DNA of 11,737 nt from Paraspadella gotoi (taxonomy: Eukaryota; Animalia; Chaetognatha), in assembly GCA_051294375.1 (NCBI GenBank), contig JBJCIZ010000405.1, forward strand, positions 1 through 11,737, read 5' to 3'. A model generated the notes under the pieces. The model had not been told where the DNA came from. It searched no databases and was given only the letters and a program-made list of their open reading frames with translations. Position numbers and translations under genes: made by a program. This document shows, piece after piece, positions 1 through 7,542 of the stretch (positions are counted from its first letter, which is position 1; every line of letters starts with the position of its first letter).

Positions 1-1
1 G

Positions 2-121
2 TTTTCCAAATCTGACGATCGCTATTTACTGAGCGTCTCCGACGTGAGACGAAGCGACGCCGGGAAATTTGTTTGCAGCGGAGACGAAACCAAAGAGTAT
101 CTCGGTTATAAGGTGAATTAA
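2..121 (+). CDS. V0: 3' part of an Ig-like domain cassette (5' part lies outside the window)
   Basis: Frame from position 2 reads FSKSDDRYLLSVSDVRRSDAGKFVCSGDETKEYLGYKVN*, with the E-strand YxLxVxxV and F-strand DAGKFVC motifs homologous to V1. AG|GTGAAT at 112/113. Confidence 0.75.
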   Translation, partial: FSKSDDRYLLSVSDVRRSDAGKFVCSGDETKEYLGYKVN

Positions 122-295
122 GCCACTGATTCAAGAGTTGCTCATAGCTTCGTAAAAATCTACCTTTTAAAACATTTCTGTTTACTTTTTTTTCCTATTC
201 ATTTATTATTAGTGACTGAATTAACCAATCAATCATTTTTCACCATGTTTCGTAGTTGTCCCTTTTGTTTTTCAATTTCTACTCTTTTTGCTCGT

Positions 296-308
296 TTGGT
301 GTCGCTAT
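296..308 (+). promoter_or_regulatory. Shared upstream motif of V1 (TTGGTGTCGCTAT)
   Basis: The identical 13-mer lies upstream of V6 (1507-1495, minus), and GTGTCGCTA lies upstream of V3. Confidence 0.5.
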
Positions 309-358
309 TGGTTCGAATCTCTTGATTTAGTTTATAAATTAATCTTGAGAGGTAAAGC

Positions 359-712
359 ATGGCTTGCTCAACCAAAATCCTACTTTTTGGCCTCCTCATT
401 TTATTACTGTCCCAAAATTCGGATAGTACAGTCGCTAAAATTAAATCCTTTTTATCTGGGGCATCCGCTGAATTCTCATGTCTCTCCAACTTTCCTCCTA
501 TGTGGAACTGGATGAAAGATGGGAAATTTAAAGCATTATCGGCAAATGGAATCGCAGCTCATCCCAGCCTAAACGAACCACGATATTCTTTTAATAAATT
601 GGAAAATGTTTACAAATTTAAAATTGAAAATGTTAGAATTTCTGACGCTGGAAAAATTGTTTGCTTAGGTGGAGAAAATAATTTAGAATATCACGTCTCT
701 GTCATGAGGTAA
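359..712 (+). CDS. V1: signal peptide + single Ig-like (V/I-set type) domain; putative variable first exon (359-708) or a 117-aa secreted protein
   Basis: Intact ORF with hydrophobic leader KILLFGLLILLLS, Cys41 (FSCLSNFPPMWNW), RYSF, YKFKIENVRISDAGKIVC (Cys102) and terminal strand YHVSV. Ends ATG AG|GTAAGT, a perfect donor consensus at 709-714. Confidence 0.85.
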   Translation: MACSTKILLFGLLILLLSQNSDSTVAKIKSFLSGASAEFSCLSNFPPMWNWMKDGKFKALSANGIAAHPSLNEPRYSFNKLENVYKFKIENVRISDAGKIVCLGGENNLEYHVSVMR

Positions 713-986
713 GTACGTACATTTCTATATTCAAAAGTTTAAATAACCATCTTACAATGAAACTACAAACGATGAAAAATACAATTCGCATTTTGAGCTC
801 TACGAGAATCTTAGTTCATGAAATTTCTAGTGCTGTAGTCTGATCTTTCTTCATATAGTTCTGAATACATTTACAATGATATTTTGTTTTTCTATTTGGT
901 TACTCCGTGAGGGAGCTCTAGTGGTTTTCTTCTTTGTCATTCGCCGCTTTCCATTTTGTGGTTTTTGCAATTGTAAAACTTCGACC

Positions 987-1185
987 ATGTATTTTTTTCG
1001 GTCATCGGCATTATTTTTAATTTTCTTTTCTCACGTGGTGTCTGGAACCACTTCAAAAACAGGTCTAATTCGACAGACCGTCACATTCAATTGCGTCTCA
1101 AATTTTCCGCCGACATGGAATTGGCTTGGACCTGGGGGAACCGTGAAAACTCTTTCGCAAAACGGATTGAAGCCGCATCCTAATT
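987..1185 (+). CDS. V2, N-terminal half: signal peptide + first half of the Ig-like domain
   Basis: ACC-ATG at 987; MYFFRSSALFLIFFSHVVSG-TTSKTGLIRQTVTFNCVSNFPPTWNWLGPGGTVKTLSQNGLKPHPN aligns with V1. Homology stops at TAATT (1181-1185) and resumes on the reverse complement from 6461. Confidence 0.8.
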
Positions 1186-1394
1186 ATGATTTTGATGTCG
1201 TTGAATGCCGGCGTAAGCTAAAGTCGTGGCACGCTGCTGCTTCGACCGATCCACAACCAATGGGGAAAACTTGGAAACGCAGAGAATTTCGCGGGAGAAC
1301 GCAATGAGAACCTGTTTTCCACGAGAGGCTCGGAAGATGAGAAAACAAGAGACAGAAAACAAATAAGAATAAAGAAAAGATAATAGCGTTTCAT
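1186..1394 (-). CDS. V6, N-terminal half: signal peptide + first half of the Ig-like domain (indels, truncated at junction)
   Basis: Pieces in different frames here and in the 6821-7026 copy give MKRYYLFFILICFLSLVFSSSEPLV...CVSKF.PHWLWIGPKQQRATTLAYAGIQRHQN, matching the family C-x-S-x-F-x-P-x-W-x-W motif. Confidence 0.7.
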
Positions 1395-1494
1395 TGTCAA
1401 CGAATGGTTTAGATTTATTTCTATCGAGTTCCTTCAAATTTTACCAACATGAAAACGCCCTTTAAGATTCCAATTCAGCACCGACATCAAACTC

Positions 1495-1507
1495 ATAGCG
1501 ACACCAA
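1495..1507 (-). promoter_or_regulatory. Shared upstream motif of V6 (TTGGTGTCGCTAT)
   Basis: 100 bp upstream of the ATG at 1394, in the same orientation as the cassette. Confidence 0.5.
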
Positions 1508-1586
1508 CAGTTTTCCAATATGATGTCATAGAAAAAGGAACAACCCCATCGTCGGTTTGGCTTTAACACAACGCTAAGTTTGGGTC

Positions 1587-1930
1587 TCACCTCTTACAGT
1601 GGACAAAATAGGCCTGTAGACGAATCTCCTTTCACAAATGAATTTCCAGCATCAGTCAATTGAACATTGGAAATTTCTATGATATACGAGAACCATCACT
1701 TTTGAGAAGGAGTAACGCGAATCGTCGAACCTTCCGGATGTTTTTTCCATTGACGCCTATTATACGATAGTCTCCAACTCGTGGCCCGACTTTGACCATG
1801 GTGGAGGGAAGGAAGAAGTACATTCCAGTTCTTATCAGTTGAATCCAATTAAAAAGTTGAAATGTTCCACATTAGCCGAAAGAAAAGGCAAAAAAACCAG
1901 AAAGGAAAAAAAAAAAAGGATGAAACCCAT
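1587..1930 (-). CDS. V5: signal peptide + Ig-like domain cassette (frameshifts probably sequencing errors)
   Basis: Reconstructed by eye from both copies: MGFILFFFSFLVFLPFLSANVEHFNFLIG...LECTSSFPPPWSKVGPRVGDYRIIGVNGKKHPKFDDSRYSFSKDGSRYIIEISNVQLTDAGKFICEGDSSTAYFV.VMR. Ends AG|GTGAGA (donor GT at 1590-1589). Confidence 0.75.
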
Positions 1931-2006
1931 TTTGTTATTAGTAAAACGTTTCTTTTTTTGAAGACTGGACATCAAACATCTCTGACGGCGACAGGAAGAA
2001 ACCTAG

Positions 2007-2017
2007 TAGAGACATCT
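2007..2017 (-). promoter_or_regulatory. Variant upstream motif of V5 (AGATGTCTCTA)
   Basis: About 77 bp upstream of the ATG at 1930; fits TGTC(G/T)CTA. Confidence 0.35.
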
Positions 2018-2130
2018 TTTCGATCACGACCTTTTGCTCAACAAAGAAGTAAAACAAAAGTGATTGAGGTGGTTACAAAAGTCAAAAAACAAGTTTGAGC
2101 AAACAATGTCGGATCTGCCTACGATAATAA

Positions 2131-2210
2131 ATTAATTAATTGATTAATTAATTAATTAATAGATTAATTAATTAATTAATAGATTAATTAATTAATTAAT
2201 AGATTAATTA
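2131..2210. repeat. 4 x 20-bp AT-rich tandem repeat (ATTAATTAATAGATTAATTA); copy at 7739-7818
   Basis: Directly visible. Confidence 0.9.
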
Positions 2211-2321
2211 TAATTTATATTCAGCTTGTCATCATCGATGTCCTTAAAATTGAGTCAGGACAGTTATTAAATGTTTTGTTTACATTTTATCAAAACAAAC
2301 AAATATCCTCTATTATCGAGC

Positions 2322-2349
2322 CAGGCGGGCAAAAGCCCGTCCTGTCTAG
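2322..2349 (+). mobile_element. Helitron-like terminus: GC hairpin followed by CTAG (copy at 7930-7957)
   Basis: CAGG-CGGGC-AAAA-GCCCG-T-CCTG hairpin, then T-CTAG. The next base is A rather than the canonical T. Confidence 0.35.
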
Positions 2350-2620
2350 ATTTTTTTTGGTTTAGCTTTCGGTCTCGCTTTTTTGCAATCATGGGTTCTG
2401 AAAGTGTGATATCATAGGGAGTTGAAGTTTGCATATATGGCTTCTAATCATCAGATCTTTAAAATTCTCATTGTTTCATGATCAATATTGGTATTTGTTT
2501 ATGTTTTATTTACAAACAAAAACGTTTTAAATTATATGTCGCTCTCTCTCTCTCTTTTTCTCCGTCACTGCTTCTTCTAAACAACGAGTTCCGGCTCGTG
2601 CAGCGTCTGTCCAGCTTCTT

Positions 2621-2652
<32 letters not shown>

Positions 2653-2699
2653 ACCAAAAATTCTTTAGATATAATGTGGGTTCACTAATGTAAAAACGA

Positions 2700-2768
2700 T
2701 GCCCGCGAACAGGGCGCGAACCCGGGTCCTTTGGGGAGAGGAATAGCTCACGCTACGTGCGGCGCATA
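2700..2768 (-). mobile_element. Degenerate tRNA-derived (SINE-head-like) sequence (copy at 8308-8376)
   Basis: Minus strand GCGCCGCACGTAGCGTG...GGACCCGGGTTCGCGCCCTG has a B-box-like GGTTCGCGCCC and a weak A-box-like segment; no full cloverleaf. Confidence 0.35.
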
Positions 2769-3141
2769 AGTACTGCTGATTCTTTAACGAGGTAAAGGGC
2801 CTGTAGAGCTTCTCTCCTCTCTCTTCTCTTTTAATTATTATACTATCGCTCTTTCTCTTTCTCTTTTCTCTGCAGCGGCTGTCTCTCTCTCTCTCTCTTT
2901 TCTCTCTCTCTCTCTGTCTCTCGTCTCTCTGTGGTTGTGTCTGTCCTATCTGTCCGATTTTTTGCGTGATCGTTTGTTTTTTGAAAATCTGATTATTTTT
3001 TTTCTTCTAAAAACTTTTATTATTGCCATTTATTCGCGCTTTTTTTCAATACAAAATCCCATATTTTCATCCAGATTTTCGTGGATTTATTCTCGTTTCT
3101 TTCTCTCTCTCTCTCTCTCCTCTTTCTCTCTCTCTCTTTCT

Positions 3142-3189
<48 letters not shown>

Positions 3190-3216
3190 ACTCATACACG
3201 CATTGTTTGTTTTATT

Positions 3217-3440
3217 GACTATCATCGCATCAATGATGACAATCATCGAATCAATGAAATGACAATCATCGCATCACTGAATGACTATCATCACAGCAGT
3301 GAATGACTATCATCGCATCAATAATTGATTATCATCGAATCATAATCAATTCCTATTATATCAATAAATTACTATTACATCAATCAATTAGTATTACCTC
3401 ATCAATTACTAGTACATCAACAATTTGTTATCGCATGATT
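3217..3440. repeat. ~22-bp minisatellite (GACTATCATCGCATCAATGAAT-like), about 6 good units then degenerate
   Basis: Repeated GAC(T/A)ATCATCG(C/A)ATCA units. Confidence 0.8.
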
Positions 3441-3714
3441 CATTAGTTTTTTTTCCCGGGTTTTTTCATTAATTTTCTATGATAGTGGGCTCTGGCCGAT
3501 CTTGAGTCTTTAAGATTTTTTTATTATGTCTCCTTCTCTCTCTCTCTCTCTCTCTCACTCTCTCTCTTTCTCTCTCACTCCTCTCTCTCTCTCTCTCACT
3601 CTCTCTTCTCTCTCTCTCTCTCTCTCTTTTTTTATGCAATAGCGACGATCCTTATGCTTTAAGATTTTTTTAACTTGCATCATTTTTCAACTTGCATCAT
3701 TTTTTTCAACTTGC

Positions 3715-4600
3715 ATTCCCGTCAAAACTTTATATCTAGCTTCTTCACTCACTTTCTACCGGCTCACAAAATTTCATCTCAACCTATCATGGGTTAAAAA
3801 ATAAATAAAAGATTCCAGTAAATGTGACTCATATTTTTTTCATTTAAACTCATTTCCACTGGTACCTTTCCACCTGAAACTTATATCAAGCTTCGTCATA
3901 CGTTTTCCTACCCACACACCAAAATTTTCAACTCAATCTATCCATCAATTATGATTAATTGGAGTATTTATTGGTTAAAATAAGTAAAAGAATTTTAGTA
4001 AAATTCGACTTTGTTTTTTCCATTTAAACTAATTTCCACTCACTACGATTCCATCGAATTTAATATCCAGCTATCACACACTTTTCTCCCACACACAAAA
4101 TTTAATTCAATCCAACCCGCCAAATCACGAGTATTGAGCTTTTGCTAAGATGGGACGGATGACGGATTGATTGACTAATTAATTAATTATTGATTAATTT
4201 ATTTACTAATTGATTAATTAATGATTAATTATTTGATTTATTAATACATCCTGCAGATACATTTAATATAAAAGGAAAGAAGCATACAAATTAGTAAAAC
4301 AGGTTTTTTGTTTTTTTTCCATTAAACTCATTTCCACTCAAACTATTCCATCGAAACTTGATTTCCGTTTCAATCACACACTCCTACCCACATACAAAAT
4401 CCAGTCAATCAGCCCACACTCATGAGCATTGGTGTTCAAATGTGATATATTTTTTTGTTTTTTTCCATTTAAACTCATTTCCACTCGGAACGATTCCATC
4501 GAAACTAGTATCCAGCTCAATCACACACTTACCTATCCACACACAAAATTTCATTTAATCCAGTCCATCCAATCACGAGTAATTTGGTGTTTTTGCTAAG
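3715..4600. repeat. About 5 diverged copies of a ~105-bp core (TTCCATTTAAACTCATTTCCACT...TTCCATCGAAACT...CACACAAAATTTCA)
   Basis: Copies start near 3715 (partial), 3838, 4017, 4317 and 4462. Confidence 0.8.
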
Positions 4601-4602
4601 TG

Positions 4603-4648
4603 GGACGGACGGAAACGGACGGACGGACGGACGGACGGACGGACGGAC
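4603..4648. repeat. (GGAC)n microsatellite; copy at 10211-10256
   Basis: Directly visible; produces the spurious SVRP ORF. Confidence 0.95.
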
Positions 4649-4921
4649 ATCATTTTTTTTTGCATAATTATCATAATTCGATGTTCTGACATATATAAGT
4701 GTGTGCCGACAATATTGAGGGGCGGACCGACGACCGAAAAGTGAGTTATAAAAAGTGATGAAGGATCGGGATTACAGATAAGCCAAGACGACAAAAAAAA
4801 AAAAAAATTGATCAACAATTTTAAATGAGCGATAAAAGACAAAACAAGTTAACATCCAGATAATTTTTAACTGTAGAGGAGTAATCAATTCTCAGTAACA
4901 GTTCTACTATTATAAAATAAA

Positions 4922-5248
4922 TTACTGATAACATTGAATTAAGGTTTCATCATTTTCCCCATGGCAGAAAAAATCTCCCAGCGTCGGAGGCAGTTACACC
5001 CGAACTTTTAATTGATAAGAATCTGGTTTTCGCGAAATTCATAAGCGAGGTTCATTCAATTTTGGATGTGGATTGTTCCGGAAAAAGCATGGTTTTAGTG
5101 TTTATTTCTTTCCCTCCACCCAGCTCCAAGTAGGGGAACAGAGGAAATCACATGTTATTTCCATATTTGAACCCAGTAAAGCAGTTTGTGTGGTGGCAAC
5201 AAGGTACAAATTTGGTAAAGAAAGAGCAAAGATAAAATAGAGTATCAT
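4922..5248 (-). CDS. V4: signal peptide + Ig-like domain cassette (frameshifted; possibly a pseudo-cassette)
   Basis: MILYFIFALSLPNLYLVATTQTALLGSNMEITCDFLCSPTWSWVEGK, then across indels KTLAFSGTNPHPKLNEPR...SYQLKVSGVTASDAGDFFCHGEND...FNVI. Ends ATCA|GTAATT rather than AG|GT. Confidence 0.7.
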
Positions 5249-5655
5249 TTGATTAATAATTTATCGATTTTTTTTTCTAACTGAAGTACGTGTTCTAGCT
5301 ATGATATATCGTTATCAAAAGATGAAAATTTTTTGATGACAATCTGGTACAACCAATATGAATGATAGAAGAAGACGCACTAGAGACTACATGTGTAAAT
5401 TGGCAAAACAAAAGTCAAATTCTACATTTCTGAACGTCAAAATACAATAGCTTAAAATATAGAATTGAGGCGACAAGATATTTAATATATATAATATTTT
5501 ATCTTGAAGTTACTTTCAACTTTATTCATTTTATTTACATTTTATATAAAGTCTCACACCAGACTTCTTATATAACCCCTAATATCGAATTAAGTGGGAG
5601 GAATCATAAATGAAGTAAAAATATAAAAGATTTTGATGAAAGTGATTTTCAAATT

Positions 5656-6044
5656 TTACCTAATATCATTATATTTGATTCAAACAACGCTTAATTCACT
5701 CAACAGTCAACGAACCTAAAGCGGCATACGCGTGCAGTACAATACTTCCTGCGTCTGTAGCAAATTTGAGGAAGAGAGAAGCAGAGTTAAATTGATCCGT
5801 TTTGAAGAGAAGAGAAACGAGGATCCTCCAACTTTTGGACTGGGAACGAAGACGTACAATGGCTCAGCGTTTTTGATCGCTTCTGTTTGTGTGGAACCCG
5901 AACACATCCAGGTAGGAGCAAAGGACGATCTTGCAGGTTAAGGAGATTTTTTGTCCCGCAAAGAAGCTCAGTTTGGTTTTCGTTCGTGAAAAACAGAAGA
6001 GATGAAATAAAAAATTGGAATAAAAGTAATTTCCCGAAAGCCAT
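5656..6044 (-). CDS. V3: signal peptide + Ig-like domain cassette (noisy sequence)
   Basis: MAFGKLLLFQFFISSLLF... then GQKISLTCK.SFAP.WMWFG...KTL...PKLEDPRFS...TDAG. Ends ATT AG|GTAAAA (GT at 5659-5658). A cleaner fragment at 11654-11737 confirms the motif. Confidence 0.7.
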
Positions 6045-6119
6045 GATGACGACGAAGAAGCAATAAGCCAATGACAATGAGGGGAGAAGTTTGACGCAAT
6101 CAAGATTTGAACAGACAAA

Positions 6120-6132
6120 GTAGCGACACAAC
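6120..6132 (-). promoter_or_regulatory. Shared upstream motif of V3 (GTTGTGTCGCTAC)
   Basis: About 76 bp upstream of the ATG at 6044; also present in the + copy at 6707-6719. Confidence 0.45.
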
Positions 6133-6314
6133 GAGATGGAATCCAAATCAAACAAAAGATGGGAAAAATAATGAATTTAAATGCATCAATTTGAAAAAGT
6201 TGGACAAACTTTCAGTACTGAATATTTATATTAATTAAATATCTAAATATATTGTTGATATTGATATATATATTGATATTGTTCAAAATCGGTCTGAATG
6301 GTACCCTTTTTTGT

Positions 6315-6461
6315 TTACCTTAAAAGGCTCAAGAGAAACTTTTTGCGGCCGTGCTACCCGTCGCACAGCAAAGTTCCAGCATCTTTAATTCAACAGCTTT
6401 TATTTCTAGGAAGTAGTTGGTCGATTGATGGTTAAAAGAGAATCTCTCATCTTTAAAATTA
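6315..6461 (-). CDS. V2, C-terminal half (inverted relative to its N-half)
   Basis: Reverse complement begins TAATTTTAAAGAT, overlapping TAATT at 1181-1185. It reads NFKDERFSFNHQSTNYFLEIKAVELK(fs)DAGTLLCDG...QKFLLSLLR and ends TTA AG|GTAAAC. Confidence 0.75.
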
Positions 6462-6486
6462 NNNNNNNNNNNNNNNNNNNNNNNNN
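6462..6486. other. Assembly gap, 25 N
   Basis: N run counted directly. Confidence 1.
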
Positions 6487-6820
6487 CGCAAAAGTTTCTC
6501 TTGAGCCTTTTAAGGTAAACAAAAAAGGGTACCATTCAGACCGATTTTGAACAATATCAATATATATATCAATATCAACAATATATTTAGAATAATTTAA
6601 TTAATATAAATATTCAAGTACTGAAAGTTTGTCCAACTCTTTCAAATTTGATGCATTTAAATTCTTATTTTTTCCCATCTTTTGTTTTGATTTTGGATTC
6701 CATCTCGTTGTGTCGCTACTTTGTCTGTTCAAATCTTGATTGCGTCTAAACTTCTCCCCTCATTGTCATTGCTTTATTTCTTCTTCGTCGTCATCATGGC
6801 TTTCGGGAAATTACTTTTTT
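6487..6820 (+). repeat. Inverted copy of ~6024-6347: V2 3' end and donor (GT 6515-6516), spacer, and start of V3 (ATG 6796)
   Basis: Near-exact reverse complement of the sequence just before the N gap, with scattered indels. Confidence 0.9.
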
Positions 6821-7026
6821 ATGATTTGATGTCGTTGAATGCCGGCGTAAGCTAAAGTCGTGGCACGCTGCTGCTTCGGACCGATCCACAACCAATGGGT
6901 GGAAACTTGGAAACGCAGGAGATTTCGGCGGGAGAACCAATGAGAACTGTTTTCACGAGAGGCTCGAAGATGAGAAAACAGAGACAGAAAACAAATGAAG
7001 AATAAGAAAAGATAATAACGTTTCAT
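6821..7026 (-). CDS. Duplicate copy of the V6 N-terminal half
   Basis: MKRYYLFLFFICFLSLF...HWLWIGPKQQRATTLAYAGIQRHQ. Confidence 0.55.
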
Positions 7027-7208
7027 TGTACGAATGGTTTAGATTTATTTCTATCGAGTTCTTCAAATTTACCAACTGAAAAACGCCTTTTAAGATTCCA
7101 ATTCAAGCACCGAATCAAACTCATAGCGACACCAACAGTTTTCCAAGTATGTCATAGAAAAAGGACAACCCCATCGTGTTTGGCTTTAACCAACGCTAAG
7201 TTTTGGTC

Positions 7209-7542
7209 TCACCTCATTACGTGACAAAATAGGCTGTAGACGAATCTCCTTCACAAATGAATTTTCCAGCATCAGTTAATTTAACATTGGAAATTTCTAT
7301 GATATAACGAGAACCATCTTTGAGAAGAGTAACGCGAATCGTCGAACTTCGGATGTTTTTTTCCATTGACGCCTATTATACGATAGTCTCCAACTCGTGG
7401 CCCGACTTTGACCATGGTGGAGGGAAGGAAGAAGTACATTCCAGTTTATCAGTTGAATCCAATTAAAAAGTTGAAATGTTCACAATTAGCGAAAGAAAGG
7501 CAAAAAAACCAGAAAGGAAAAAAAAAAAAAGATGAAACCCAT
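7209..7542 (-). CDS. Duplicate copy of V5 (frameshifted)
   Basis: Same sequence as 1587-1930 with different indels; ends ATG AG|GTGAGA. Confidence 0.55.

Larger units (their letters stand above)
2541..3626. repeat. Cluster of imperfect (CT)n microsatellites (about 2541-2555, 2620-2645, 2810-2930, 3098-3186, 3528-3626); copies at +5608
   Basis: Directly visible; these produce the spurious SLSLSL ORFs. Confidence 0.9.

Noticed and set aside
229-515. ORFs 229-489 (-) and 288-515 (+)
   Set aside because: Antisense or alternate-frame shadows of V1 with no recognisable motif.
709-760. V(D)J-type recombination signal sequences after the cassettes
   Set aside because: No CACAGTG heptamer / ACAAAAACC nonamer pair is seen at cassette 3' ends; they carry splice-donor-like sequence instead.
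876-1307. The 143-aa ORF as a full protein
   Set aside because: Chimeric: the likely start is the ATG at 987, and the part after 1185 is antisense V6 across the inversion junction.
2322-2358. Bacterial rho-independent terminator (hairpin + T run)
   Set aside because: The context is eukaryotic and there is no upstream + strand gene; a transposon terminus is more plausible.
2478-3306. ORFs 2478-2693, 2935-3306 and 3023-3262, and their +5608 copies
   Set aside because: Low-complexity translations of (CT)n and minisatellite DNA with no domain features.
3217-4600. CRISPR-like repeat-spacer array
   Set aside because: Repeats are degenerate and either adjacent or irregularly spaced, the context is eukaryotic, and no cas genes are present.
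4358-4842. ORFs 4358-4558 (+) and 4573-4842 (-), and their copies
   Set aside because: Derived from tandem repeats and (GGAC)n.
6329-6535. The 68-aa ORF spanning the N gap
   Set aside because: Joins unrelated sequence across an assembly gap; only the NFKDERF...ELK part belongs to V2.
6024-6820. Large inverted repeat as transposon TIRs or a biological hairpin
   Set aside because: It is centred near a 25-N gap and consists of the same V2-V3 sequence read twice with indel differences, so redundant assembly explains it best.
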